DNA of 64,000 nt from Vicugna vicugna (Eukaryota): contig MU057724.1 of the NCBI GenBank assembly GCA_013265495.1, forward strand, positions 1,937,102-2,001,101, given 5' to 3'. The position numbers and the translations under genes are program-made. Positions 1 through 14,194 of the stretch are shown here, one piece after another. The stretch's first letter is position 1. Each line of letters opens with the position of its first letter. The notes under the pieces were generated by a model, which was not told the origin of the DNA, made no database searches, and saw nothing but the letters and a program-made list of their open reading frames with translations.

Positions 1-959
1 AATTGTCAAAACACAGCATCCAACAAAGGAGAATGTCCCCAAAGAGGAGCAACGGCTTAAGACCATGAGACCCAGAGACCAAACAGCATTTGGCCATCTC
101 TCCTGGGCCTTTTTTTCAGTGTGACTAGTAGTTGAAATCAATTAGTAATTTTCAAAAAATCTTACTAAACCTGTAGCCTTTGGAGCAGGGGAATGACCGC
201 TGATACATGGTGCCTGAGCCACTAGACCCTGGAGCCTTCCCCTTTCCCAGCCTGTGACCCTGACCTAGACTGGAACTCCGCTCTGCAGGAGGAAGACAGG
301 TGGCCACAGTGTTTTCTCGACGTTGGAAACACTTCGATTGACTTTGCATAAATTAGAAGCTCAGTGAAGCTTACTGAGGAGATCCCTGAGCTAGTGTCTC
401 TGCAGGATCATGATACTGCTTTCGCTTGGGAGTTTGATGTTAAGACAGGGTCTTGGCTGTTTCTCTGTCTGGTTTCAGATCCTGTGTTCCACCTTGAAGC
501 TAATTAAATGCAGTCTGGCTGCATGCGGTTTGTTCTCTAAGTTCCAACCCCGGTCTCGTGTGGGAAGCACCGTGGCAAGTGTCACAGGGAACCCCTGCCC
601 ATCAGCGCGCACTTTGGTTTTTTCCGTTAGGCATCCCAACATGCAAAAATAGAAGGAAAAAAAACTATTTATCATCAGAAAAACCAGTGTCAGAAAAACT
701 GCTGTTCAATTTCTAAAAGATGGAAAATAGTCTTAAATGTTTTGACAGAGAACAAAATTCACAAACAAATGGAGAATTTGTGAATAACAACAAAATTTGG
801 AGAAACGTTACAACCCAAAAATGTTCACCAGCTGCTTAGAATTCGAAATTCTGGTGCTTCTTGTGGATCCTTCAGTTCCACAGCACACACGAACACAACG
901 GCCAACAGAGGCCTAAAACGAGGGTGTGAGGACGAATCAGAGGGACGTTTCCTGAGGGA

Positions 960-1260
960 CCCCAAATACGTCACGCCGAAGCTGGGGGAGCACTTGGGCT
1001 TCACTCACGAAGCGGTCCAAGCGTGAGCTGCTGGTCAGGGGCAGCTCCGTGCCCCGTGGTGACTCAGGGATCCAGGCTCCCTCCATATTGTGGTCCCAGC
1101 ATCCCCTAGAGCCTGGAGCCTCCTCACCTGCGTTCAGGTGACCCAAGGAGGGAGGGACCACAGGACTCACACCCACTCTGCATCCCAGCCGTGGTGCACA
1201 CACCCCTCTTCCTCTCACGACTGCTCCACCATCGAGAAACGGCCACCTGGCCATCCTCAG
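960..1260. mobile_element. Ancient ERVL-MaLR solo-LTR fragment (MLT1J/K-like)
   Basis: ggcagctccgtgccccgtggtgactcagggatccaggctccctccatattgtggtcccagcatcccctagagcc resembles the MLT1K/J core (cagggacccaggctccttccatcttgtggctccgccatcccctagggcc); boundaries approximate. Confidence 0.5.
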
Positions 1261-4200
1261 CAGCAAAAGGACTCGTGAGTGTAGTCCTTAGCTGGACAGC
1301 CACGTTTGAGCGGTAAACCAGCTGGTAAACCATGATCACTGAAAACGGGGCAGCCAGAGTCTAGTGGCCCAAAGACAGGAAAAGACAGACATGATTTCAT
1401 ATTAACATCCATCAGAATAGAAATGAAAGGAGTTCTATTTCAATAACGAGGCCGGTTGCTAGCTGTCCCTCACATCACCTCTCCCCTGTTGCTATTATTC
1501 TAGGACGTCTGAATTTTAACCACGCCCACGGCTTCCCAGAGACCCACATTCTAGCCTCCTGCTTGGCTGTGGCCCTGTCCTAAGTTCCGGCCAAGGAGAG
1601 GCGCGTGGACGTGCGTGCGCTGTTTCTGAGCTGTGACCCGGCAGGGAACAGGGCTGCTCTCTCCTTCCGACCGAGTCCCTTCCTCTAACTTGGAGGGCGT
1701 AAGCCGAGCGCGCCGGGAAGCCCCCTGGGGCCGCGCTGCGGAGAGTAAACCCCTGTGTCGGGGAGCGAAGAGACCCCGGGGCTCTGATCTGACGACAGAC
1801 CTGCCTACTTATGCCGACAGTTAAATGAGAGAGAAACACACTTGATCTTGTTTAAATCTCTGTTTTCCACAAATCTCCACTACAGATGCCAAACCTATAA
1901 CTAATACATATGGCGAACAATATGGAATCCTGTTCATCCCCAGCTCAACATTTAAAATGCTGTAAAAAGGGGATGAAAGAAAAGAACTCGGGCCAAAGAT
2001 AGAAAATATCAATGTATTGACTCCAGTCACACAACGTGAATTGAACTCGGTATTAACGGTCTTTCTCATTAAGCGTGCGGCTCTTGAAGGCAGGACAATA
2101 GTGAAAAATAATCAGCGTCCTGCTCAAGGGCTAAGCTCATTGTCGTGAAGTTCACAAAAATGCTCCTTGGTTTATTTAGACAATTGCCTGGAAATGTCCT
2201 GGAGGGTCTCTCCGTGTCCCCCTGGAGCAGAAGGTGGCAATGTTCACCAGGACACCGACCTCGTCTGCCCGAAATGGACTTAAGATCCCGCTCATTGCGG
2301 GGGACTGTCCTCTCTTCACGAATGGACAGAGGTGTCCACGTCCCTCTAGGCTGACCACTAGGCCAGCGTCAGTGTGAACCACAGCAAGAGAAGAGCCCCG
2401 GCCAAGAGAGGAGCAGGACTTTGACCGTGACCTGGGGGCCGCGGAGAGACACCAGCACGGCCGCTGTTCCGGGTTGGGGTGGGAGGGGCTCCCGCCAGAC
2501 GGCAGGCGCCCAGAGAGGCCGGGTGCCAAGGGAGGCCGGAGGAGGGGGTGGCGCAGGCTGAGCTCGGAGACGGGGACGAGAGGCGCGGAGCAGAGGCCTG
2601 TGGCGCGGACGTCCGTCGGGCGCACACACATGCTCTCAGCACCCGGGGCTGGGGCTGGACCTCTTACAGGCGAAACCGCAGCACAGCCACCGATCTGGGA
2701 CCTCCCAGGCGCTCACATGTTTTTCTGCGGCTTTCTCAGACAAAACATTGCTAGAGGTTTGCAGATTAAGAAGTAGAAATTCGACCTTATTGAAACGACC
2801 AGGATCCCAGCGGTGAGCGCGTGACTGGTGAGCGCGTGTCCGGCGCAGACGGGCTCGGCTCCCGTCAGACCGTGCGGGGATGACATTGCCTTTCTTGCTG
2901 TCTTTCTCACCAGCAGCCCCCTTACCCACCAGCACGTGCCCCTTCCCCCCGGGGGACCGGGGGACTGCAGGTGTCCACCCAGCTCGCGTTCCAGCCCGTA
3001 CAGATCACCCATTGAATTTTTTCTTTTTGTGATAAGCTAAGCAAACTGATCCAGTCACATCTTTAAAAAAAAAGGGAATATATTTCTATATATTAATTTA
3101 CCAAATACAGTGCATTTTTCTACTAGAGTCATGCGTGGGCCCTGGAGTCAGACAGAAGTGGGTTAAAATTCTAATTCAACACTCCTGATACAACCAGAGC
3201 CCACACGTATGTGCCTGTTGCTTTACACATGTACTGAGTCACGGAATCGTCACGATAGCCCCGCGTGGTGGGGTCCCCCGTGGTCCTGCCGTTCAGACGG
3301 GACTTGAGCCTGGGCCCTCCGCTCCCAGGAACCCTGCGCCCCACACTGGCCACGTCGCCTCCCGCTGCCCGTGAGCGGCGCAGCCCAGCTTTCTGGGAAA
3401 CGTGAGGGTGAAAGCAGCATAAACCCTGCGATGCTACTGAACGAGCTCAAGGCCTGAATCCTCAGTCCTCCTCTTGGTGTGTGGAAAGCGGCCAACAAGC
3501 GTCATCTGAAAGTACACTCGTTCACGCAAACCAGTCCAGCTGATCACGACTGGGCGCCGGGTTACGGCTGAACACCCAGGCGTCCGTGCGACAGGGATGC
3601 GCCAGACCTGTGTCACATCACGCGTGCAGCGTGTGGCTGAGAAGACAGCAGGACAGCAGGTGCTGTCAGGGAGTCCCTGCCGGTCTTAGGTGTGACGATG
3701 GCCCTGCAGTTACGTGAAGAAAATGTCCTTTGCTCGAGACGCACACCGAAGGGTATGACGTTATACACTTTAAGATTCTCCGGATGGGTGATGAGTACGT
3801 GTTTATTGTACAGTGTGTATTTGAGGTTTTTCAAAATAACTCATTAAAAGAATAAAAAAAGAACACCAGGGAAGGTGTAGTAGAGCTGAGTCTCCAAACT
3901 CCCCCCAGGAGAGTGCCACGTCTCTGCAGAGCAGCCTCGGGGGGGTTGAGGGAGGGCTGGGGTCCTCGGTTCTCCGCCCTCTGGCAGCAGCGCTGCTCCG
4001 CCGGGACCTCGTGTCTCTGACGGAAGCGACCGGAGCGCCACGCACGTCGGGAGGAGAAGGCATCGCGCCCGACCCAGCTCCTGGGTCCTCCCGGTGCCAC
4101 TTGCAGCTCACGAGCGTCTCCCCGCAGAAGCCCGACTTCCGAATCTCATGACGTCGGATTAAGTCACACGCCGCCTTCAGTGCTGCTGTTAGCTACGTAT

Positions 4201-4759
4201 TTTAACTCAGAAAAAAATGAATTCCCTGCACTAAATGCTGGCCACAGCCGCTCAAATAAGACTCAAAAGAGAGCGCACAGGGCAGCTTCGGGCAGCGCTT
4301 GCCTGGTGGTCACGTTCCTGCTCGCAGCCCCTCTACTGCGGCGCAAACTCCCGGTTCCAGTGGCGACTGAGAAACCGGGACATTTCATCAGTGCTCTGGT
4401 GGGAGAGGAAGCTGGGGGAGCAGTGAGGAGACAGAGTCCCGTGCTGGGACTCGTGAGGGAGATTCAGCTTAGGAAGAGCATTTAATGGCCACAAGGGCAT
4501 CCGCTCCTACAGGGACGGCCCGCGCTAAACCCCAGAGCGAGGCGCATGTGTGTGGGGTTAATGTGTTTTTTTAATGTTGCCAAATCCTTGTGTCATCTCC
4601 CTGGTTTCACCCGCAGGGCAGGCATCCGTGTGAAAAAGAGAAGCAGATCTTCAGGTGGCGTTCAGCGTAAATCCTACTTCAAGTATTTTGTTACTTCCAC
4701 CAACCTGGGTCTAGTAAGTGAGGCGAGAGGCCCTGAGGGCTGTCACGAGAACTACTAAC

Positions 4760-4834
4760 CAGAGCTGACAACGGTTAATTTGAAGACATCACGACTCAAA
4801 GTCTGCTTCCCAGTGAAGGGTCTGTGGGACACAT
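4760..4834 (-). other. Candidate 75-nt internal exon (symmetric phase 1; DVSHRPFTGKQTLSRDVFKLTVVSS), gene unknown
   Basis: Acceptor ttttaattttaaaggtttcctag|, donor CTG|GTTAGT; only the phase-1 frame is open; peptide not recognised. Confidence 0.3.
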
Positions 4835-7800
4835 CTAGGAAACCTTTAAAATTAAAAGGCAGATCAAAGATACGATGTATCTCACAAACATCTCCCAGAA
4901 AAAACATGCCTACACCACCCAAGCATTTCAAGAGTTGCAGAAGGTGCACCTCACTTTGTGCCGTCACTCCTCCGGGTCACTGCTTGATCTGAATACGTTT
5001 AGACAATAATGCGGATTGAGGGTTTGGAAAACTAAAATGCCCTTCTCCCAATCCTTGTGCAAGGGGTCCCCGTCACTCCAGGCTGAACACACCAGGCTTC
5101 GCTTTCTCGATACCGTATCAGACACAACTGTTGGATACCAACATGTCCAGCAAAACAGGCCCCCGGGACGTAAATGATGGCACGGGATGACCGCGAGCTG
5201 ATGCAGACAAGAGCTGCGTGTGCCCTTGCCCCTGCTTTTGACGATGTCACAACTCCCGCGTTCCACGTGTCATATCTCATGAGGAACTTCGCTTTGGAGT
5301 AAATGCTGCCGTAACACATTCTGCTGTTATCTGCCCATCGTCCTCTGAAGGTAGAACAAAGTCTAGGACTGGAGCACACGCGCGCTGGTGCTGACCGGTG
5401 CCTGTTCCACAAGCAGCCCTGGCGGCGGGGCTGACTGGCCCACAGGGAGAGGACGTGCCAGCCTCCCATCCCTGACCACCCCCCGCCTCCTCCTCGTGCT
5501 GATGGAGACGTCAGGCGTCAGTCCCATCCTCAGCCTTGGAGGCACCTGCTATGCACCAGCCAAAGTCAGCAGAAGAGGCTGACAGGCTGGACGCGCCAGT
5601 GCCCGACCCGTTCACGGAAAATGCGCGTCCGTCTCCCACACCCTCCCGCGTCACTTAGGGACCAGGGACAGAGCAGGAATGAAGACAAATATGGTTTTCA
5701 GGGTTTACAATTAATTAGGGAATAAACATTCAATCAACCTATGGACTCGATGGGATTTAATCGACGCTCAAGGCTCAGGGCAGGTATTGACCGGGCCTGG
5801 GAGCACCGAGTCAGGCGCCCTCGGGGGTCCCAGACCACCTTTCCGTCCTCTCTCCCACCTGCACAGGAACGCGGGCCGGCGGGAAGCGGGCAGCAAGGGG
5901 GGCCAGTCCCGGAGGTGCCAGGTGCAGCCCCGTGGAACCCCTGCTCCCACGTTTGTCTGCTGCCTGCCGTCTAATCGTCTTCACCCATCGACCCGGGCGC
6001 GGGGCAGGGTTCAGTAGGTGGGAGAGGAGGGAGCTGCTGCCTCTCCACGTGGGTCAGGAATAAGCGCACACCCAGATTCTGGAACCGGCACCCGGCTCCT
6101 TCCCGGAGACAGAAACCGTCCACCTCTCGTCAGATGGCTGCCGCCCTCCCCCCCCAGCCCGGCGGCCGCACGGGGAACACAGGGCGCATCTGTCTCCGCC
6201 GCCTGCTCCTCCCAGGGCTGTCCCAAGCGGCTCTGTCTCCCCAGCTAGGCAGAAGCCCCTGGGAGGGGAGGATCTTCAATTTTTACCACCTATCTCCCAG
6301 GATTTCCCAAATCCTTCACAACTACTGAAAAAAAAATTACAGATGGATTGGTTTCCGTCAAAACAGCCTCTCCTGCAGCCTGTTTCAGGTCCACATACAC
6401 GTATGGTAAGCCGGCCAGTCATGTGCCACCCGCCCCCCCCACGCAAAGATTCTTGGATTCATCTCATAACTACAACATAATAACTCATTCTGTTAATAAT
6501 TATCATGCTCTGCTGGGCAGATTGTACCAGATCCTGGAATGTGATCAACTAATGTTGAGCACTGGGTGTTATTGGTATGTGTTCTTGCTGATCGGGGCTA
6601 GCTTTCCCCATCTGAGGCCAACCTGCGTTTTCTTCAGTCTTTCTCTAACTGCCTTCCAAGCCGGGGGCGCTGTATTCCAAGCACATTGCAAACAATGCAA
6701 GCTGCATGTGTGTCCAAAGAGCCCATTAGTCCTGCCTTCTTCATGAGAAAAAGATTTGTGAAGTTTAAAATAACACAATAATGGGAACACACTAAGTAAA
6801 ATTTAAAAGCTACACTTTGTATTTTTTTTAAAAATACAAGAGAAGTTACAGATTTGCCCCGGGCACCTCTAGTAAACCTTCAGATGCTTCCTAGGGTGTC
6901 GGGATTACACAGTACTTAGAGAGTCTGATTTGGGCTTGCCTGTTGTTTCTTCCTTTCAAAGCCCCAAACCTTCTGGCACCCGAAGCTGGCAGGCCCGCCC
7001 ATCCATTTCAAGCCTTCTATCAGATTACCGGGAGCGTGTGATGTCGGCCACAAACACGTGCGGCAGTTTGCATCCAGTACAAAGCGTGTCGTAAATAAAT
7101 AGGACTAGAGGCATGTTTGGATGGCAGAGGGCGGCCTCCTGCCCATCCTCACTGAAAGGTGGCCCTGGTTTAGCACAGATAGGGTTTCCTGGCAAAAAAG
7201 AGAAAACGGAAAAAGAAAAGAGAAACACTCTGTTATCATCCAGTGAAGTGGCAGGATGTTCAGACATGAAGCATGAAGCGCAAGGAAGCATTTGAGCTTA
7301 ATCTTGAAGGCAAGTCATTTCCTTTGTGCTGTCGCACGGCATCTCCCTTTTTATTTGCATTTTTGTGTGTGGCAGAACGGCCTGTTTGCCTGGAATCGTG
7401 GAGACACAAAAACATCTTGTCCAAGAGACACTGAGAAGAGAAGGAACAGAGATGAAAGGAGGGCAGAGCAGGCGGGAAGGGCTTCGCCAGAAGCAAAGAC
7501 AGTCCGATGGCGGCTTGGCGGTGGGGGCCCGGCGCAGGCAGGGAGGGAGCCTCCTCCAGCGAAACCGCCTTCCGCGGTTGTAGCATTATTATTATCATTA
7601 TTATAGAGATAGAGAGCAGGGAGGTGCTGCAGGAGAGGATAATCTGTAAATGCTCAGGCCCTGCGTCCCAGCACAGGGCCATGGCCGTGGGGAGCGGGGG
7701 TGCAGCGGGCGGACACCCAGGGAGCCCCCGGCTGTGATGGGGTCCCCGGCCTCCCGGAAGAGGCACCGGTGCGGCTGGTCCTCAGGCCTGTCGGCAACAC

Positions 7801-9169
7801 CAGCTGCGTGCTTCCAGTCAGCCCTTCCAGCGCAAAGCCCGCGTTCTCTCCTCCGCCAGAGAACCCCAAGCAGGCACTTCACTCTCACACTCGGAAGCTG
7901 GAAGGGAAGAGGGGGCTCAAAGGGAGACCCGCATCCAGGTTCAGCCTTCACCGTGTCAGGGAGGGGAACGGGCAGGGGCAGCTGTCAGCGTGCGCCTCCC
8001 CCGGTCACCCGGAGAAAGGACACACCCTGTTGTCCCCGACCGGTTTCCCGGCTCCTTCTCCAGGGAGCGTGCACAGAGCGAAATACTTCAGAAGTTCACG
8101 TCTGTGTTCTGCTAACTACGTAAACAAATAAAAAGACCTGAAAAAGCCGAGACGGCAGGCCTCACATGGATGATTTTACTTTCAACTGTGATTTACGACA
8201 GAATGGATGGAGCCTTTATACCATGTTCAGAAGGCGCTGAACACACCTCTCCTCGGGCTCCGTCAAGTCTATAAATCAGGATGGAAATTCTAGAAAGTGA
8301 AGTGGACAGTGATGTCGAAAACTCCCTGTGCAGGCGTAATTACTGCCCATTTTTATTTCCCGGAAACAATGTCCCATCTTGGGCAGTTTTTGTAGAAATC
8401 AAAGCAAAGTCTTGACTGTAGCAGCAGCACCTGTCCGCGCCTCCTGGGTGTGATGACTCTTGCTTCTAGTATTTGAACAATTTATGGACAATTCTCAGGA
8501 ACAAGGCAGTCAAGGAACAATGATCTGGCCCCAAACTCCTGTCCTTCTTCCTCACTTCACACATCTTCCCAACACACAGATGAGCACATACTCTGTCCAA
8601 CACACTCATACAAACACACTCACAACCACATATATTCAGATACACACTCACACACACACACCTGCCCCCTTGATCCCCTCTGGCCCGGCTCCACACCTGC
8701 ACACCTGAACTCAAGTCATCTCTGCTTCTGCAGGGCCACACCTTCTGTCCTCTAACTGTCTGCCCGGAGCCCACACAGCCTGCAGCGACTAACTTATTAT
8801 GGCTTCTTCGGTGGAGGCGTCTCAGAGCTGTTTTCCCCCGAGTGTAACTTTAATTGCTTTTTTAAAAACTTTTGCACCTTCACGCCCCTCTTGCAAAACC
8901 TCGGTTTCTCCCCTGCACTGTGGTTCCACCTGTGTGTGCGGGTGCGTGTCTCCACCATCAGAGCCCTTAGGAACGCACAGCTTGTACCCCGCCACTGTGG
9001 ACTCCTTCACTGTGGTGACTAGAGCAGCATGTCCGTGGATGCACTTGGAATTGTCGGAGGATATGGAAGAAATCGCACTTCCAGTGAGTTAGCTCATTGG
9101 AAGCGGAACGTCAGGCTGCTAGAACTAATACCTTCCACTGAACCGTACGTCCGTGTGAGATACTGTGTC

Positions 9170-9235
9170 TAATCTCCCAATAGCCCTTCACCCAGTTAAT
9201 GGTGGGAGAGTGAGACTCAGAGGTTGACTGTACTT
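9170..9235 (-). mobile_element. MIR fragment, apparently interrupted by the adjacent L1 (continues ~10310-10350)
   Basis: gagactcagaggttgactgtactt before the L1 and gagccaaagggtaattcacatctaggttgccgac after it match consecutive MIR core segments. Confidence 0.4.
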
Positions 9236-9237
9236 AA

Positions 9238-9811
9238 CGGGAGAAAATATTTGCAAGTGATATGAATGCTAAGGGGTTAATATCCAAAATACGTAAGCAG
9301 CTCCTAAAGTCAATATCCAAAAACCCAACGATCCAGTTAAAAAATGTGCAGAAGACTTGAACGGACTTTCTTTTCCAAAGAAGGTGTACAGGTGGCCAAC
9401 GGGCACATGAAAAGACATTAAACACCGCTAATCATCAGAGACATGCAAGTCAAGGCAACAGTGAGACAGCAGCTCCCACCTGTCAGAGTGGCTGCTTTAC
9501 CAGCAAAAAGCCTACAAAGAACAAATGTTGGCGAGGATGTGGAGGAAAGCGAAGCCTCGTGCACTGTCGGCAGGCGTGTAAATGAGCGCAGTCACTGTGG
9601 AAGACAGTGTGGATGCTCCTCAAAAAGCTGAAAATAGAGTTAGCATGTGACTCAGCAATTCTTCTCCTGGGTGTATGTTCAAAGACGACAAAAACACTAA
9701 TTCAAAAAGAGGCCTGCACCCAGTGTTCGCAGCAGCATTACTTACAGTAACGCAGACACAGAAGCAACTTGAGTGTCTATCAACCAATGGCTGGATAAGG
9801 ATGTGACATGT

Positions 9812-9887
<76 letters not shown>

Positions 9888-10309
9888 GAAAACCATTTAA
9901 CCACAAAAAAAGAATAAATTTTGCCCTTTGCAACATGGATGGAACTGGAGGGTATTATGTTAAGTGAAGTAAGTCAGAAGGAGAAAACCAAATACTGTAT
10001 GATGTCACTTACATATGGGATCCAAAAAATAAAACGAATCAATGAATGTAGCAAAACAGAACAGACTCACAGACACAGAAAACAAACCAGTGGTTACCGG
10101 TGGGTGAGACGGGGCAAGGGATTAAGAGGTACAACTGCCATGCGCACAGTGAACGAGCTGCAAGGGTATTCTGTATGGCACAGGAAATATAACCAGCATT
10201 TTACAATTTTAGATGGAGCATCATCCATAAAATTATTGAACCTCTATGCTGCAACCAGAGGCAAATGCAGTATCGCCAATCAACTAGACTTCAGTTTAAA
10301 AAAAGAAAG
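9238..10309 (+). mobile_element. 5'-truncated LINE-1 (ORF2 C-terminal remnant plus 3'UTR and A-tail)
   Basis: ggagaaaatatttgcaa...aaggggttaatatccaaaata...catggatggaactggagggtattatgttaagtgaagtaagtcag, ending gacttcagtttaaaaaaag; ORF 9921-10313 (MPFATWMELEGIMLSEVSQKEK) is the L1 ORF2 end. Confidence 0.92.
9813..9885. repeat. (CA)36 microsatellite inside L1
   Basis: Uninterrupted CA run read directly. Confidence 0.98.
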
Positions 10310-10849
10310 GTGAGCCAAAGGGTAATTCACATCTAGGTTGCCGACCGGCCAGGTTAAACTGGAAAGACTATTAAAATGCATGTAGAAGCTGTCAGGGATG
10401 CAGTGGATCCTTCTAAAGTCTCATCACGACAGAAGAGCGCGTGCTGACCGCCACCCGACACAGCTGCCCGAGAAGGGGCGGGGCCGCACTGCAAAGTACG
10501 GAGGTCTAAGATGCAGTCTCGGGGTCCCCCTCTGCCAGGCTTCTCCCACTCTCCGGACCCCTCGCCGACCTCCCCAGCAAACAAGTGGAGAGAGCAGGTG
10601 TCTTCTAGTTTCTGTGTAAAGGCCCACCTCCCAGAAGCTCGGACAGCAAGGCAGTCACTCTTTGCCCTCGTTGGAGCGAAGGGGTCACCGTCCCGCAGCC
10701 AGACGTGTCCCGGGAGGGGCCGCGGCCCCTGTCCAGGGGGCTGCAGTGGAGACTCCCTCACTGAAGTGAGGAGAAGCTGTCGCGCTCTCAGCCCTGCCCT
10801 GGGAGAGGCCCTCGGTCAGCACCTCCTCTGAGGCCACGGGCCTCAGCAG

Positions 10850-11140
10850 CACACCCTCCGACCCAGTAATTCCACGCCTGGGACTTGATCATGGAGGAAG
10901 AATCCAGAAGACACAGAAAGATGCAGAAACACCAGCCGCCTTCCTTATCACACAAACTCTACAGGCAACGGAAATGTCCACTCAACAGGAGGGGGCTGGT
11001 TAAACAGAAGCAGAAGGAAATGTCCTGCAGGTTTTGAAAGTCCTTTTATAAAGCCTGCTCAAGGCCGTGGTAGAAATTGTGTCACACAGCGTTAGCGGGA
11101 AAAAGTCTAAGAGCAAGAAACAACAGTTAAGTGTGATGCG
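10850..11140 (+). mobile_element. Old L1 (L1ME-like) 3' fragment
   Basis: gacccagtaattccacgcctgg...aaatgtccactcaacaggagggggctggttaaa resembles a degenerate L1 ORF2 end/3'UTR. Confidence 0.5.
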
Positions 11141-11620
11141 TGTTCAACTGCCCCGGTCGACCGACTAGTTTAAAGACCAGAAGACAATCACGGCGCTCCC
11201 AGGTGACAACCTGGGCTCCTACCGTCCTGTGTCTTCTCTGCTCCTCGGATTCAGAGAAAGCTATAAAAGACAAATGTTTGCATCATCCAACCAGCGTAAT
11301 GCAAGTGACTTTCTCTAAATGGAAGCATCTGGAAACATGCATCCAATAAAAACAAAAGGATCCCCCTGAAGCCTGTCACCACCCCACGAGCAGTTACACT
11401 GGGTGCACAGGTGACTTCCTTTTCCCCTCCTTCCTCCCGCCTCCCTTCCTCATTTCCTCTCTCTCTCCTTTCTCCTCTTACTGCTTTGCCTTCTATCTTT
11501 AAACTGAGAAAGCCCAGAGACTGTGCAAACTCAACCATCGGCAGGTATAATGGAAACCGAGAGTCTGCGAGACCTCTCCGCCCAGGCGTCCTCGGCACCC
11601 TTCCTTTCTCTTCTGTGGCC

Positions 11621-11742
11621 CTGAGCGTTCAAGCGACACTTCTGATGGGGTCTTTGTTTAGGTAAAGGTAAAAGGATCCTAATGCTGAGCGTTCAAGCGA
11701 CACTTCTGATGGGGTCTTTGTTTAGGTAAAAGGATCCTAATG
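11621..11742. repeat. Tandem duplication (64 nt + 58 nt copies)
   Basis: ctgagcgttcaagcgacacttctgatggggtctttgttta[ggtaaa]ggtaaaaggatcctaatg occurs twice, identical except for an extra ggtaaa in copy 1. Confidence 0.97.
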
Positions 11743-13924
11743 CGAGCTTGCCGATCTGGTACCAAGACGCCTGTCCTCCCAGGCAGCCTCTGGGCCTGGG
11801 TTACACTGAATTCAACATCACCATCGTTCGTGCCCTGGGCCACGGGAAGTCACACTTCTCTTAAGGTGTCTGTTTGCCTCTGCTTTATTTTGGATTCCTT
11901 CCCCTAAAAGGCTGCTGTTTCTACAAGTCCCATGGGGCTGGAAGATGGGGCGAGACCCCAGAGCTGGCCGGTGAGAGGAAACCGGTGGTGGGGGGCAGAC
12001 TGTGAAGACAGCACAGCCCCAGGGTGACTGGGGAGGAACAGGAGCCCCTGGGGGCTAAATGCGGGAGCGGCAAGGCCTGGGGCGTGTGGGCGGTGCGTGG
12101 AAAGGAAGGAGACAGGGACTGGGGGCCCAGGAACGCCGTCAGAGCAGGTGTGCAGGAGCTTGGTGCTTTCTGGGACAGGTAGTAACACATTCCACACATG
12201 GGCCAGGTAAGGTCCTGTGAATGATGGGCAGGAGTGACTCTAGGCAAGGAGAAGTGAGGACGCAGGAGCGAACGTCACATCCCTACAAAGCCCGTCTCCG
12301 CCAGGGTCCTCTCTAGAGGCTCTGAGACCTGTGAGCTCTACACACACTACCTGCTTCCTCGGCAGGCGCGGAGAGGCGGGGAGAGGGGAAGCTGCTCGGC
12401 GCTGTGCATCTAGGAACTGGACAAGGGGGACCCAGAGAGCCCGGCCTCCTGTTCCTGTGCACACGCGGGGCGAGGAGGCCTCCCTGGCGCCTGGTGACAT
12501 ACCGACCGACGTCGCCCATGCTGTCCTCTCTTGCCCAAATACAGTGTTCTCCCTGGTTGTCTAGAGACAGGTGCTGGAAGACAAGTGTGCCGTTCGAGGG
12601 AGCAAAGTAACAGATGTTATAGCAGTGGGCCCCTTTCCCCCTGCAAGCAGGACGCTTTGCAGGGAAGTCAGGGTGCAGGCGGGGACGTTATCCATTTCTC
12701 CAGGTGAGACGCCCTCTTTCACGACCCCCTCCTCGTCCCTCGGCGGACACCTGCTCCACGCTGGGGTGCACTCTGACCCTCAGCCAGTCAGGAGGAAGGT
12801 GAAGAAGCCGGCAGGTGAGTCTCCCTAAGAAAGCCCGAAGGGCACCGCTCACAGGCCCGTCGGTCCGTCTTTCAAGAAAGCAAAGACATGTGTCAGTTCC
12901 CCGGGCGCATTCAGACCTTCGTTACAGGGACAATGAAAATAACCAAGAGATCTCTCTGAAAAGCAGCTACACAGGGAGACTGAGAAAGTGGGGAAACGTG
13001 TCCAATTCTGGCGTCTGCGGGGACGGTCCCCACCCTCGTTTTGTCTGCCATCAAGCACTAGATTCAAAGGGGCAATGACCTGGCCAGGAAGAGGAATGGC
13101 AGCCACAAGGGGGCCTCGGGAGCGCCGGACCCCGCGGGCAGTGGCTGGGCGTGGACGCAGACCCGGGTGCCCAGGGCGCCGAGCAGCCCAGGAGGAGTGG
13201 GGCCCGCCACGGCGCAAGCAGGCCCGGGCCATCTGTCATAAACACCAGGTCCAAAGGCCACAGGTGCAGACGGCACTGAAAGGTAAACCTGACGGGCAGG
13301 CAGGGGCCCTGGGCAGACGGGAAGGAGCGAGACCCGGGACTGGCTTGCAGTGCGCACACGGGCTAACGACGCTCTGTTCATCTTCAGCACCTGCTGCTTC
13401 TTCGTCTCTCTGGTTCACCATGAATACAACAGGTTTATTTATCAAGGATGTGTGTGTACCCAGGACCAGCCTTCTGCCTCTGGGGAACACAGCAGAGTTT
13501 GTCTTTGGTGTCCTCCCCGGGCCAGCTGGCCGCTGCTGCGGTCGCTCCCCCAGCAGGTGTCAGGGCCCCATCCTGCGGCCAAAGCCCCCACTCAGAGCCT
13601 GAGTTCACGGCTGCGTTCTTAAAACTGAGAATGCGTATCTCCGGGCCACACACACAGCACAGACATTCGCAGGGCTGACAGAGGGCTGCAACGTGGCCAG
13701 GAGAGCATGGCGGGAGGGGAGTCACTTCCCACAGCCGAACCTGAAAAGCCCTGGGGAAGAAGCAGAAAGTGGACTCTGGCTGGAAGAACGCGAAGGACTG
13801 GGCGGGAATTTTACTGGCAGAAAGGAGGAGGGAGGGCGGCCCAGAGAGGGAGAGGCGGAGCAAAGGAAGGGAGTTTGGAGGGTTTGGGGGGCGGGCGGGG
13901 GGCAGCAGGCCACGTGTCATTTCG

Positions 13925-14190
13925 AATTCTGGATCCACCAGAGACTAGCTGATTAACTCAGGATGTTAATTAGCCTCTCTGAGCCTTGAGTCCTCACCTG
14001 CAAAATGAAAAAACCTCGACACAGAAGTATTGAAGATCTTGTAAGGGGCAAGCTCTGTGCTTCGTGTTAAGGGTACCATTAAATTAAGACTATCTTTCTC
14101 AGAGGGTTTACCTTAGGAGTGAAGAATACATATGTGAAGAATTTAGCACAGGACCTAGCAGGGAGCAGTTTCAGTAAATGGCAGCTGATG
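13925..14190 (+). mobile_element. MIR SINE remnant
   Basis: gcctctctgagccttgagtcctcacctgcaaaatg core and gtgaagaatttagcacaggacctagc...cagtaaatggcagctg 3' end. Confidence 0.65.
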
Positions 14191-14194
14191 CCTG

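Noticed and set aside
152..675. Short ORFs at the window start as coding exons
   Set aside because: No convincing acceptor/donor pair and no recognisable peptide
11621..11742. Direct repeats as a CRISPR-like array (also 24009-24088)
   Set aside because: Only two adjacent copies, no spacers, eukaryotic context
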